From Takakia lepidozioides (Eukaryota; Plantae; Bryophyta): a DNA stretch of 64,000 nt. Both the position numbers and the translations under genes were made by a program. The notes beneath the pieces were generated by a model, which had not been told where the DNA came from, did no database searches, and saw only the letters and a program-made list of their open reading frames with translations. Numbering within the stretch: position 1 is the first letter of the stretch; each line of letters begins with the position of its first letter. Location: contig CM060734.1 of assembly GCA_030704615.1 (NCBI GenBank), positions 9,238,001-9,302,000 of the forward strand, given 5' to 3'. This document shows, piece after piece, positions 51,085-64,000 of this stretch.

Positions 51085-51157
51085 TGCTCACGGATTGGTA
51101 TCTTCACGCTCACGAATCGTTCTGCTCATGTGAGCCGCTCACAGTTTAGCATCCCCC
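51085..51157. repeat. Putative element terminus after copy D
   Basis: GCTCAC/GCTCAT repeats then CCGCTCACAGTTTAGCATCCCCC. Confidence 0.65.
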
Positions 51158-53429
51158 AAATTTGGGTAGGGAGCTGCAGAAAGGGGAGATCTATGGATTT
51201 TAGTTTTTAGGACCCGACCAAAAATCTATGGATTTTTTTGAAAAATAAAGTGGTGTCGGTTCTAAAATTGGCCAAATGCAATCTTAGTACACTGCTGGGG
51301 AGAATTGGCTTGTATGCATCTGGGAAGTTTTGTATGTCCATGATGCATGGCTGGAGGAGATAATGAGACCATTGAAGGGCTCATTTCCTCGTTGAGTCTT
51401 CAAGTGTATAGGGAAAAAAATTATGTTTCCCAAGGCACACAGACTGAGCTAAGTGGAAGCCAGTTGGATGACCTTGTGGCATACTGGGAGTCAGGCAACG
51501 GGCAGAGTGCTGTGGGAGAGAGCAATTCTACAGCTGTAGGTGAAACACCAAAGTGGATGGAAGCTAGGCTTGGAACACAGCCGAAGACAGCCCTAGGTTG
51601 CACTGACTTGGGGGCTGCGACTTGTAGTTCATACATGTGCAATATTGTTTCTACTGTGTTTGAATAGCAACACGGATGCTACGATCGATCTACTACAGCA
51701 TTGCAACCAACACAATCCCTCCACACTGGGGATCATCATGTTATTGCTAGGGGTAGAGCCTTGAGATTGATCATGGAAAGCCGCAGGTACATCAATGCCG
51801 CAACACACAGTAATAAGAGGGAATATGAAGATCAGTAGGAGAGATAGAGAGCCTAGTGGCTGTTGGAGAGAGGAGCGATTGGTAGCAACACCGCGCATGT
51901 TGATTGATCGTTCACACATGAGCTGCATTGGCGTGCGTGAGTGGAGAGCTTGAGGCAAGAGCGTTGCTGTCCGGCTGGGTGTGGGCTAGTGCAAGCAGAG
52001 CCGGGAGTGGTGCGCTGGCACCAGTTGAGCCCAAATGCTCAAAGTGGGGGGGTAGCTTGCATCCCGATCAGAGCTATTGGTTTGTAGCCCCCTGAGGTCC
52101 CAGTGGTGGATGGCAATGTTATTTGTGTTCTCTGCAGGCTACGAGCCATATCTTCTAACAAAACATCAGCTATAGTCAAGAATTATGGGCTATAGCCACA
52201 CAGTTGATGGATGCAAAGAGGCCTGGAGACCTTAACCAAGCCTTGATGGAACTAGGTGTCGTTGTCTGCACCCCTTCATCACCCTATTCTTGCTCTCTTG
52301 TCCTATTGCAATCCACAGCTAATCGAGGACAACACCATCGCCACTTCGCCAGTTCATCCATGCTCGTTTTCCAAGATCGAATTCCTCAAGCATAATCACC
52401 AAGCCTCACTTGCTTGTTGATCTTATTTGACTACAAATATTCCCACCGGTTCTGCTGTAACTATTCCACATGAAAGCCAACGACGGCACAATCTACCTTC
52501 ATGCCAGCCTGTCCCTGCTCGCTGACCAAGAAAACCAACGATAGCCAGCCAACTTCTCAACTCGGCCTTTACTGATTGCACACCATGATATATGCCATGA
52601 ACAACTTCACCAAATCGTTTGTCATCAGTACCGATATAACATTGGCACGACGACTTGTAGACATGAGCCCATCAACCAGTCCAACACCTTGGCTGCTCAC
52701 TATGTAACCATCAGTCTGCTCAGGAATTACCTATCGCATGGTATTTTTATCTCTGCAGCTGAAGTCGAAGACCACGGTCCACCTACTCGCGTAACCAGCT
52801 GCACCTCCACTTCTAACCACCAAGACAATGAAGGCTTGCATCCCATTGCGAGACAACAATAATGCTGATCATTTCACCATGCTCGGCTCTCAATCTGCCG
52901 CTCAGCCAGTGACCGTTATAAAGGGAGAATACCCATGCACTTTCGTGTTACCGCTTTCAACACACAGAAGCCTAACTTGCCATTGCACCCTCGTGTTTCT
53001 CTCTCATCTTCACACAAAACCCACAAGTGCTAAAAACTAATTAAGCTCACATCTTGCACTCACAGATGCAAACTCATCTCTCTCGAGTGATAGAACAAGC
53101 TAAGAGACACGCTGTTCACACCAGAAACAACATGAAATCCATCGCTATCACTCGTTAAAACAGAAGTCGAGCCAGGGGCACTCCAAGCTATGGGGACTCC
53201 ACCCCCACAACAACCTATACTCCCATCATAAGCACACTCAGTCCTAAACGATGCAGGAGCTCGGTCGCGCAGGCTCAACTCGAGAGAGATGAGCTGCGCG
53301 ACTGCCGCTCTCGTGAAGATAAGGCGGTTCAGGTGTCAAACTAAACTTGACACCTGATTTAACACTTGACCTAAATCCAAGTGTTAAATACAAATAACTA
53401 GCTTTATTCTAGTTGTTTTCACACTGTGC

Positions 53430-54406
53430 TTATTTAACTTGACACACCTTCCACCATGTGGAGCAAGTGGTCAATTGCTTACGCAAACGATCGGTAAAAC
53501 CCAAAGGCCTGAATTGAGTCAGAAATGCCGTCTTCAGGGTGTTCCAATCGGTGAACATGCCATGAGGTTGACAATCATACCACTGGAAAACTAGCTCACG
53601 CAACGTAGCGGGAAACATCATCCACCACCAGTCTTCTGTCCTGGCATTGTTAGCGATACAAGCCGTCATAAACTGGGCCAAATGCCGATCAAGGTCTGAT
53701 CCCTGTAGTCCCGTGAACTGTGGCATAGGAGATACATTGACTGGTCTATCGTCCGTTCCTCCCAAATTCACCATCACCGGAATCAACTGTAGGGCAGCCC
53801 CGATTGGCGCAGCAGTAGCAGCAGCCATTGGTATTGGTACGATAGGAGGTGCGATAGGCGCGATAGGGGGTGTCGATACTGCAGCTAACTGAGTGGCTAT
53901 CAATGCTCGACGTGCTACCCGCACCGCCGCTCGATTAGCCCTAGCTTTAGCCTAATGCGCCCCTCTCACAGGGGACTCCCTCATACCCCATACCCCTTTC
54001 TTCCTTATCGAAACCACAATGTGGTCTCCCTGATTTCGTGCGATAGACAATTCAAGTGTCGTCGGCCGATCCTCCCGGTTAGGTGACAATTGTATCGGAT
54101 CCTCCTTGCCTATCGCTAGAGCTAGCATCTCCGCCTTTCTTGGGCTTAGATCCTAAAGGTTCAATCGTTGTTTCCTTCTTTCTCTTACTCCAAAAACATT
54201 CAGGAATTTCTGCCTTCTTATGCTGATTCCGCGGATTGCAATAAGGACATAATTTAAAACCAGGTGGTGGCACCTTACTGTTACGAATGATCTCCCCCGT
54301 CATCTCGCCTTTCTTCAGTAGCCACACCAATTCAAAGAAAATCTTAGAGATTATAATCAACACATCATTATTTCAACCGCATCGTCTTTCCCTGGTAGCG
54401 GCGCCA
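53430..54406 (-). mobile_element. Gypsy internal 5' region with gag fragment and TGGCGCC-type PBS
   Basis: MPQFTGLQGSDLDRHLAQF..FPATLRELVFQWY..WNTLKTAFL; PBS TGGCGCCGCTACCAGG at 54406-54391. Confidence 0.75.
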
Positions 54407-54412
54407 AAAAGA

Positions 54413-55681
54413 TGTAGAATAAAACTATAATCAATCCTAAAAGAAGGATTAAGCAGTTCTAAGGTTCGTTCGCAGGAAAGCACTATATGATTATAAAACA
54501 ATGATACTAAACTGTTCTATTACTCTTCAGTCCTTCAACAGAATGATTTCTACCACCAGTCATCTTCATCTAGTTCAATTAACATTCTTCCAGACTCATA
54601 AATGTTCTCTCCATCTTCTATTAATTCTGCCCCATCAGCAAAGACCAAAACCATTGTTCTACCAAATTCTTTCTCCAATAATCTACTTTATAAAGGATCG
54701 ATAATTCCCTGTACCCATCCCTTACTCATAAGCTGCAATTGAATAATTTCCATATCGCTGCAACAGAGCTTCTTTAATATCTCCATTGATGTATTGTCTG
54801 ATAGACCAATAATTATCTCTGAAGAATCCCATGTCCTCTCATCGGTACACATCCTCCTATCGACTGATCCTCACCACCAATCCTGTTTATTTAAATCGAC
54901 CAAGATTTTCCACCTCCAAAGTTCTTACTCCACTCTTTCATAAATTCAAGATAACCATCGAAGGGACGATACCACATCTGAACCCAATCATGTCTCCAAT
55001 GACAATGTATATATAGAGTGGATATTTCCTTATGCCAGCCTCTGCTCACACTCTCTAATTGCACTAATTCTACATCATTGCAATATAAGCTTTTGAATAT
55101 CACAACAGATATATCATTCGGTAATCCAGGAATTTAATTCTTGCATAGAATTCTCATCTCCACCAATCTTGCACATTCTCACCATCTCACACAAAAGATA
55201 ATCATTCAACTCATCAAAGGCAAATCATTCCATCACTCTATTTCTTACACAGATAATACTTAATTAAACTTCTTCATTTTTCCTTCCTCACTTAATAACA
55301 AAGACAGTATATTGCAGAACTACACTACCATTGATATAAGATTCTATCTCCTAGCTTCTACAACTCCGACGTGCACACACTGCTCTCTACTCTGGTCACG
55401 GCTCTCTGGCTCAACTGACATTGATTGATTCCACAAATACACACTTATAGAAAAATTGCCCAACAACTATTATAACCGCTTCTAACTCCTTCTATTCATC
55501 CAGACATTTCATTCATTACTGTCATCCGATATCAAATAGAACCAAGTCATCCATCATTACAAAGTATCGAGAAGAATCGTCCTATCACGACTATATCGAT
55601 GGTACTGCAGAGTATATCAACCGATAATTCACTAAAAAGTCTTACAATAAAAACTTAATTGAAAATTCCTATTATTCTACA
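54413..55681 (-). mobile_element. 5' LTR (~1.27 kb) of a non-chromovirus-type Gypsy element
   Basis: TGTAGAATAA...TTATTCTACA 10-bp inverted ends, adjacent to the PBS. Confidence 0.85.
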
Positions 55682-56524
55682 CTATATATGGTCTTGAACT
55701 ACGACCCTCGGTGAAGCATATGCTAGAACACTAGACACACAACTACAAGATGCTTTAAATGACTTTGGCAAGCTTGGAAGCATTTATCAAGGACTTCTTC
55801 AACATGTCGTTTTTTAAATTTGGAGGTCTAGCTCACTTACCAACGATAAACCCCATTGCCTGTACCCACTCGCCGCTACTCAGAACCTTGTACATCCTAA
55901 AACATATGCACCTTGTTATCAATACATCGCTACCTAACATTCAACTCCACACTACATCCCTAGAAATAGCATGGGATACAAGCCCACAACAATGTCTCTT
56001 TGACCCAAATAGTCGACCCCCACAAAAAAACCACCCTAAAATTCTTTATGCAGTATAATATATCAACAATTTTATAACATATAGATGCAACTGGAACCAA
56101 GCTTATTAACCCACACGCTTTCCGCCTAAAGTACCCCAGACCACTAACGTTGTCCCAGCACATCCACTTAGGCCATCTGCAAAACATTTTAGGCTACCCC
56201 ACAACCACTTGCCAAAATAATTGCCCTACAAACTGCTCAATATTACATTCATGAGAGCTTCTACCCCACTGTCGTTCCCAACCCACGCAACCCCCACTTG
56301 CTAGATTATTTGCCGCTCCTATATCTTGTACGACAATTGCCCAACCTGTAACTGCCCAAATAGCTGAGCAAGAACATTCTCATGTAATGTAACCGATACA
56401 AATATCAAAGCTCCAAGTTCCACATATCTATAGCTTTGGTATCCTACGAAAGAATAATACATTAGGGAAAACAAAGTCACAATAACCAATACCATCCAAA
56501 ACACACAAATACCAAACAATAATT

Positions 56525-57069
56525 GAACAACGGGTTTCGGTAGCGAAATAAATCAAGGTATCGGGTTTCGTCAACGAAATAATGGATTTCGTCAGCGAAA
56601 TTTCCAAGTATCACTGCGTAGGACATTATCCAATGGTTTCGTGGGCGAAACAAAATGTGTTGTGTTTGGTTTTGCACATAAGAGATGACGTGAGATTGTT
56701 TTATTTCGGTAACAAATTGTTATGTGCTTATTGCGGTATGTCGGTACCCATGCTGCCGTGGGCGAAACAGAATGAAATAATTCTAGTTTCGCGTATTACT
56801 GATTGCATCGAGCTCACATGCACTTGACTAAATATGCAACTATTAAACAACGAAAATCCTTGATGGAGACGACACCTATCGGATATTCTTTATGGCCCAA
56901 CTTCGCGTGGTTTGTGCTCACGTGAGCACAAATTGCACATTTTAGTTTCACTATCGCATCTTTTCAAGAATATTCAACGAATTCCGGTATATCCTCTTCT
57001 GCTCACGTGAGCATGCTCATGCTCATGTGAGCCTAAGCATGAGCCTGCTCACGTGCTACCCAACCTCTA
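56525..57069. mobile_element. Non-coding element end: TTTCG-N4-CGAAA palindrome array plus GCTCA(C/T)GTGAGC terminus-like repeats
   Basis: gtttcggtagcgaaat, gtttcgtcaacgaaat, atttcgtcagcgaaat, gtttcgtgggcgaaac; ends gctcacgtgctacccaacctct. Confidence 0.55.
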
Positions 57070-58080
57070 CTGTGGAACGGGTAGAGGCGAAAGGAGCAGA
57101 TCAGACGCCTTGGTCAACACCGTGGCGACACTGTGGAAGGAAGGAGTGGCTTGACATCAGGGAGCAATGGTAATTGGTCAGGTGGACGGCTTTGCATCCT
57201 TTCGTATTTCATTTTACTTGCATGTCATTGGGATATTTGTCTTTATGTACCACGATCCGAATGGGTGTGCAGGAACAGCAAGATGTAAAATTAATTTATA
57301 AATACCCCAGTTGTTCAAAACTATCTTATAAATATGTTATGAAGAAGCTTATCCCAAATCCTTTGTAAAATCGATGTAGAGGCATGCGACGTCGTAGTGG
57401 AATATAACATATTCCGTAGGAGATGTAATTTTGAGCCAAAAAACCATAGTCACAATGCATATAGTCTGACATAAAAAATATAACCAAATGATAAATCCTT
57501 TAATGAATGTTTTAAATTTGTTGCCGCAATTGGTACCAAAGAAAGTCATTTCCATTTCTTTCTTCTTTTCTACTTTTTTCAGAAAAGGGAGGAAGCCCGT
57601 GAATTGAATTGACTTGAAAAGGATAAGTTACAAACGGGAAAAATGACCCCAGGGAGAAAGCCGTAAGGCGAGCAAACAGGGAACTGTGACCCTGAGCCAC
57701 CATTTCTCGTTCTCAATATATCGACCAAAAGTTCAGATTGTGACTCAATTGAGCTCACAACTTTGCAATCATAAAATAAATCAAAGAATCTTTCTAGTTG
57801 TGGATGCATAGTTCTTCGGAATGTCGCAGAATCAAGCTCACAATTTTTCAATCCTAAGTAAATCATCAGTGAATGATGCAGCGTTAAGGAATGAAGTTAT
57901 GTGCTTTTTTGTGGGTCTCTCCCCCCCCCCCCCCCCCCCCCCAACCTTCAGATTCAAACGTAAGTTAGGGCAATATTAATTCCTACATTGCCCTTTTTCC
58001 TTAATTCTTTTTTTTTCCTCTGCTGTCAGTGACTTGCTACCAAAATTAGGCTTCAAACCGGACAAGGAAATGAAGGAAGC

Positions 58081-60028
58081 TCAAGCATGTGGGTCAGGTC
58101 GATCCTCCTCGCTACTCGATGCTCCATCGCTGTGTCCCATCACCGCGCCAGAGCTCCACAGGGAGGGTCCGGGCTGTGCGAAGATTTGCTCGAGTGACAG
58201 CTCTGGCTGCCTGCTACCGAACTGCCGCTCCGATATACTTGTAGCTACTAAATTTTCTGTGGAATTGGGACTAGTCTGATGCAGGTATTGTTGCGGAAGA
58301 TGTAGATTCTGATGTATGTCTTGAAATTCGTATCCGAAGTGAGATGCTCGTTTGGTTATTTGCGAAATAGATGAAGAGTTGCTTTCTGATTGCCATCGAG
58401 GTATGTTAGACAAGCTCGGCCTTGCAGAAACCGGCTCTCCTGCACTTTCATGCCTCATCGACCACAAGTCCTGTCCGCTGGAGGGAATAGCTGACTGTTG
58501 TCCATCTACATTTCCAGCACTAAAATACCCGGGGCCAGAGGGCGGCAAAAAAGGCAATTGCATCGAAGGAGCTGTAGAGTTGAAGAGAAAAGGTGTGCCT
58601 TGGTCGAGGGTGGGACTGAAAGTGTTTGAGATCCTTGACTGTGGCGCAGGCCAGCTTTCATTATTTTCAGACGATTGCCTTGATAACTCTCGGGGTGTAA
58701 ATGATGGAGGACGAGCCGACGGTTCGGAAAGGGTGGGAGCTGAGACTGCGCCCGAAGAACTCCCACCGGGCACTGAAGGCTCTTTAGTGGTGCTAGCAGA
58801 GGGATTTCCAGTAGCTGCTGAAAAATCCTTAGGAGGATGGTCTGGAAAATTGAGCTTAGCTCGGAGGCCCCTGAAGTTTCTAGCGGCGGTGTCGTAAGCC
58901 AAAGCAGCTTCCTCGGCAGTGTCAAAAGTTCCCAGCCACACGCGGGCCGCTTTGTTTGGGTCCCGAATCTCTGCAGCCCACTTACCCCAAGGCCGTTGAC
59001 GAACTCCTCTATACCTACGCTTCTTCACTGGCGGCAGTGTCTCTCTGTAGTACCCAGAAGCTCCAGCGCTCTCAAGGGGCTTCGAGCTAGCTACAGGTGC
59101 AGCTGCCACCTCCGCTATGGACCCTTCAACTTGATTGCATGCTTGCCTTAACACCTGTGATTCTGTCAACCACGTTAATGCAACAACCATCAGCATCTTG
59201 AACCCTGAAGTACTGAAAATTTGGTGCAAGGGCGTAATAATTTGACTGCGGTAAAGTTATGTGGTCTGAGACGCATACTTAGCGTGACAAGACATCTTCA
59301 TGGTGGTCAAATGTGGTGAGCGCTTTGCATGCCTAGACTGCTTGTATTTCCCCCTTACTAGCGAGAGAAAAAGACACGGAAAAGAACTAATGTCGACAGG
59401 AGGAACAAGCTATTACGTCCGTGAGAGGGAAATGGGCTGTTCATAATCTGCAATGCTTGCATTAAGACTTTTGTCGGGATGAAATAATACCTTCGTATAG
59501 CGATGGAGGCTGAAGACGCCTTGCTATCTCCGAGGTTCTCCCAGAGTCAGAACTGTAAGATTGTCGTGTGTAGCTGGGATCGCTGACATTTAATCTTTCT
59601 CCCAGAGAGTCTCCCCGTTTAATATCCCCGCGTGGCTGCCATGCTGCTGCATTTGCCAGTTTTGGATCAATCCAGAAGGAGGGCCTTGGCGTGGCATGAC
59701 TGATGGGCGTTGCCCACGGGCTCCCAGAACAGTCATCCTCTGAGCGGTATCGCTTCTGCCCCACCGATGATCCCGTAGTCATCGACCCAGCAGCTCCAAT
59801 CTCCCCGTAATCGAGGCTAGCCGTGGCATAACTCGGCGGCGCGGATGCATGCTCAAACCTATCGCCACGTCCAATTCCCGAGGCGTGAGAGAGAGCAGAA
59901 ACTATCATAGACACCTCGGCCATGGGGTCAGGACGCGTGCGCAAGCTGGGGCTCAGCGAACCCAAGTCAGGTACATCACCGGGTTCCAGTTTCCCTACCC
60001 TCCCTGGAATTTTTCTACACATAATCAT
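58081..60028 (-). CDS. AP2/ERF transcription factor, ERF group X (ABR1/ERF110-115-like), two exons
   Basis: [58 protein letters not shown]; exon 1 has [11 protein letters not shown] (group-X motif); donor G|GTATT at 59491/59490; acceptor uncertain within ~59143-59100. Confidence 0.93.
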
Positions 60029-60051
60029 ACTCAACTCGCTACAAGGGCGCC

Positions 60052-60087
<36 letters not shown>

Positions 60088-63000
60088 ATTTCTCAATCAG
60101 CAACTAGACAGGTACCGAACCGACTCAAATCCTTCAGAAACAAGGCTGCACAATTGGCCGACGCAATTTCAACAATCTCAAAACACACGCGCTCTCCGCC
60201 AAGTCCAATCACCAGGCTTCTTCTAATCGATGACCCACTCATCCTTTCTCTTTCTTTCTCGTAGCATGTCCTCACCCAAATCTGAAACGGCGGGGATTCA
60301 ATGAACGCCCTAGACGACGAAACTACTACTGCTTCTCTTTCGTGTCTATCTATCTATAGATGCTGTGACCAGTTCACGAGACGTGCAGCCTTCCTTTCCC
60401 TGGTTTACCAATGACGTATGAGCTGCGAGTGTGGGAGACGCCTGAAGGCTGAGGCCTCAAGAATGGCATAATTCCGAAGGATGCAGGATAAGAATTAGGG
60501 GAAGAGAGTCCTGTGGGGATTTCGGCTGCACTTTCTCTCCCAGCTCAGAATGCCACGTGCGCATTGCCATTGCTTGTGTGTCGGTGCGAGAAGACAGAAG
60601 ACTCCAGCGAAGGAAGGCTGCCGACGGCACCTCCCAAAGCACGCCATTCCCCACCCAAACGGACGGACGGACGGACCAACAGGATGCCAGCGTCGTGAAT
60701 GGCGGCGCGGACGAGTGGGGAAGAAGGTAGGAGCGGTGGCGCACCGACAGAGCGCGGGTGGCGTGTCTCTCTGCGTTTCGATTCTTCCATAACTGCACTT
60801 GCGTCCCCATCTTCCAGTTGGGCGGTGCCATCCCCATCGCCGCACTGTTGTGTTTGACATTCCACCTTGTCTTTTGTCTGTTTTCTGTTGACCCTCGCTT
60901 GTTTATGCAGCCTTTCCGCCTTCATTCACGTGTGAACGTGTACCATAGCTGTGCCTCTTTTAGACAATAGGGGGCTGGCGGCGTCCGTTCGCTGTCATCT
61001 TTACCCCCTGAAAAGACATTGAAAATCCCATTCACTTGCATCAAGGATAGGGACGGGTTAGTTGAGTGGGTCCACATCGATGTGTAAATTTCCAGTTCCG
61101 AATTCAGAATGTGTCACTTGGGAAATTCCACACACACATACCTACCTGGAATAGAATATGGCATGACAAGGCAAGCGTGTGGCTGGGAGGCCTATGAGAT
61201 CGATGAGCAAAATCTACGGGCAGCAGTGACGCCTGACAAAGTCGCGTTCTCCTATCAAAGCATGAGGGCATATACGTCCAGGTTAACATCGTGCCAGATA
61301 TCATTCCGGAGAGTACCCTTGTTGACGTGCAAGCAGGAGCATGAGGAATGCTTGTCATGTGTTCAATCTACGCTTGGCACGGTATGTTCTCGTAATCTCA
61401 TCTTCTTGGGTCTCTTTGTCTGTCCATGTTTCTCCCACAACATAAGAGTTCAATCTGTTTCATGTGTTGAGGGAACCCATGGAGTAGGAAAGCTGCTGAC
61501 ATATAGGATACAAGCAAACTCATACACCACTCTTCACCTAAGCAAAAGTTCTGAAGAGAATTAAAAACCTAGTCAGGATTGCAAACAAGTTGTTTGGTTA
61601 TAGACTAATGGGATAGAACCCCATGACTTCACATCCTGAGAATTTTCCCTGTACCACCACGCAAAACTATCCACACTGCGTCAGTTACTGGAAGACAAAT
61701 GGCCCCAAAACCAGCTCTGCAGCAAACGGAGAAGAAAGTTGGAGATGCAGTACATGCATTTGTTGATGGAATGTTCATTCGCTTCAGCATACCGTACCAT
61801 CTGCAACCATTTCCTTTTCCTTATGCATACTCTGAAGTTGTACACATTGGTATGTAGACTATGAGATTTAGATCTCCCACTTCGAAATTGTAATAATGAC
61901 TAGTTTGGAACAGATGGAAAAGGGAAGTAATGGACAGAAAAAGATAGAAAACAGAAGGGGCCAGGGACCTTCCTTGATATCAACAATAAAAGGGAGGCGG
62001 CAAATGACGTTTTCACATAATTGAAATTTCAATGGTACAGTGGTGATTGAGAGGAGGAAGAGGGCAATTTTGTTGGTACCAACAAGGCATGAAAGGTCAT
62101 CCCTGTTTCATTGGACTTCCCTTTTCTCGCTTGTGTATGAGTCTATGAGGCCACCTTCAAGGCCATCTTGCTCTGCCTAATAATTAGTTCAGCGGAATTC
62201 CTCAAAATTATCAAGGCCCTTTCAAGCCTCTTGCTCCTCTTAACCACCAGTGTAACCCTTGGTAATGGCGACCTTGGCTTTATTACCCTATCTATATAGT
62301 CGACCCATAATTCAAGTCTATGGCTGTTGACACCAACATGCCCAGGCTGCAGTAGACTACTGTCAAAAATCAGGTGTTATCCACAACTGTAGAGGGATTA
62401 GGAGTAAATCTATAGAGCTCCTTCAACATACTTAGCATAAACACCCCTTCCTAGCCAAAGAACTGCTGAGTGGACTCCAAGAGATTGGAAGCTGTAAGGA
62501 TATTGTTTGGCAACCATTATTGGGATGATCAGTGTTGATAGTACGCTAAAGTATGGGAAGAATCCCTGGCCGAGGGAGGGGCATCTTTGTCTTCCCATAA
62601 CTCCTTGTAACATGTAATCTCTTTATCACCTCACAAACCATCTTGCAAGGGCTTGTAGACGTGGCCAGAATCATCCACAAGTGAGACCAAGCGCCCCTCT
62701 GCAGCCCCTCCAAATTGAATGCAAAAATCATGAGGTGCAAAGCATAGGCCCAAACCAACACTGCTTTCCTATAGATAATTCACTTTCTTCAGTATTATAA
62801 ATGCTTCGAGACCAATATATATACTTATATGCTCTGACAGTCCATGGACGTCACCACAAATACAAAGGTGTTGTTCTTAAGTTTAAGACGTCTACCACAT
62901 ATAAGAATGGGAAGGCAAGTACTGAGTACTATTGGAGTGTGGCCCTGGAGGATTGGACTTGCATTGGTCAAGAAGGAAGCTAAAGTTGCCCGAAGTCTTC

Positions 63001-63329
63001 GCCCCTGCAGGGGAATATGCTCATGTAAAATGCAACTGGGATTTCTTCTTGAGCCTAACCAGAAGGCTTGTAGTAGCGCCTCTGCCATGCATCACTGTCA
63101 GGGTAAAAATCCCTGCTGAAAATGATGGAGTACATGATGAACTGAATTGAAGTAAGACCTATATGTCTTATTGACCAAGATACAGTTACGTAGATTCACC
63201 TTCAAATCACTTTCAGGAAGAATAACCCGCCTCTAAGGCAATGTTCAATGTCGAGAATTGGCTGCCATGCCCACTGATATGTTGGAACTACCCACTCTTC
63301 ATGTTTCAGCACTTATTATTTAGTGTACC

Positions 63330-64000
63330 AATTCTGGTATTACCCCGGAGGAAAAATACTCCAAGGTCAAACCGGATCTTTCCTTTTTGAGAGTGTTTGG
63401 TTGCACTGCTTATGTGCATATTCCCAAAGAAGAAAGAGGAAAGATGGAGGCCAGGTCTAGAAAATGTATCTTTCTGGGATACGACACAAATTCAAAAGCC
63501 TACAGATGTTTTGACTCAGTGAAGAAAAAAATTGTTATCTCCAGAGACGTGGTCTTTGATGAGAGTTCATTGCAGATCTTTGATCGCAACCTCTCGACCA
63601 CACCAGAGGTAATTACAGGCCTTGGGGATTTCATCCCACCATCTCCAGGGAACTTAGTTCCTCCTCAAGAAAAGGAGACTACTCCTCAAGGTGACACCCC
63701 TCCATATCAACCAGTGATTCGTCATACAATCATTGTACATGATCCATTCATAGAGACAGATGGGAGTACGCATGAGGAAGGGTCCACTCCGGCACCCGAG
63801 GATGTAAATCCAACTCAAGAAACTGCAATAAATATTCCAACTAATCAGGAGACTACAGTAAATATTCCAATTGATCAGGAGACTGCATTAAATATTCCAA
63901 CTGATCAGGAGACTGCGGTGCCAGCACCTCAACGATATCCGACTCGTGAAAGACATGCACCTGATTGGCACAAGGATTATGTCATCTCTGGAATCACAAA
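63330..64000 (+). mobile_element. Ty1/Copia fragment (post-integrase SH3-like region), continuing beyond the window
   Basis: PDLSFLRVFGCTAYVHIPKEERGKMEARSRKCIFLGYDTNSKAYRCFD...ISRDVVFDES...RYPTRERHAP. Confidence 0.92.

Noticed and set aside
51200-53400. Short ORFs (e.g. 51347-51667)
   Set aside because: No recognisable motifs; likely decayed TE sequence.
55760-56330. Possible LINE 3' remnant
   Set aside because: Too degenerate; no diagnostic motif.
60100-63300. Short ORFs upstream of the ERF gene
   Set aside because: No recognisable domains; consistent with UTR, promoter and decayed repeats.

Overview
Repeat-dense nuclear DNA of a non-seed land plant, most likely a moss or other bryophyte (inferred from a bryophyte-style mitochondrial trnF/rps2 insertion and the retroelement types). 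The only clear host gene is a group-X AP2/ERF transcription factor (58.1-60.0 kb, minus). The rest is a nest of mobile DNA: a near-complete chromovirus Ty3/Gypsy element (35914-42882, TSD CATAG) inserted in the RT of an older Gypsy, plus LTR, Penelope-like and Copia remnants and a 500-N gap. Two things stand out. (1) Four diverged, intron-containing, degenerate copies of a gene fusing a ParB/Srx-like N-terminal domain (VWDGNHRLLAW) to a beta-class N4C/N6A DNA-methyltransferase-like domain with an unusual conserved DIPDG motif. Each copy lies next to a shared terminal motif. The two subfamilies carry different ~16-bp palindromic arrays in the same intron, and one array type also lies beside a SWIM/Mutator-like transposase remnant. 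This suggests a DNA transposon with a ParB/parS-like or VANC-like self-recognition module. (2) A Ty3/Gypsy element carrying a DNMT3-like C5-methyltransferase domain downstream of its protease. All domain calls are by-eye motif recognition; no searches were run.
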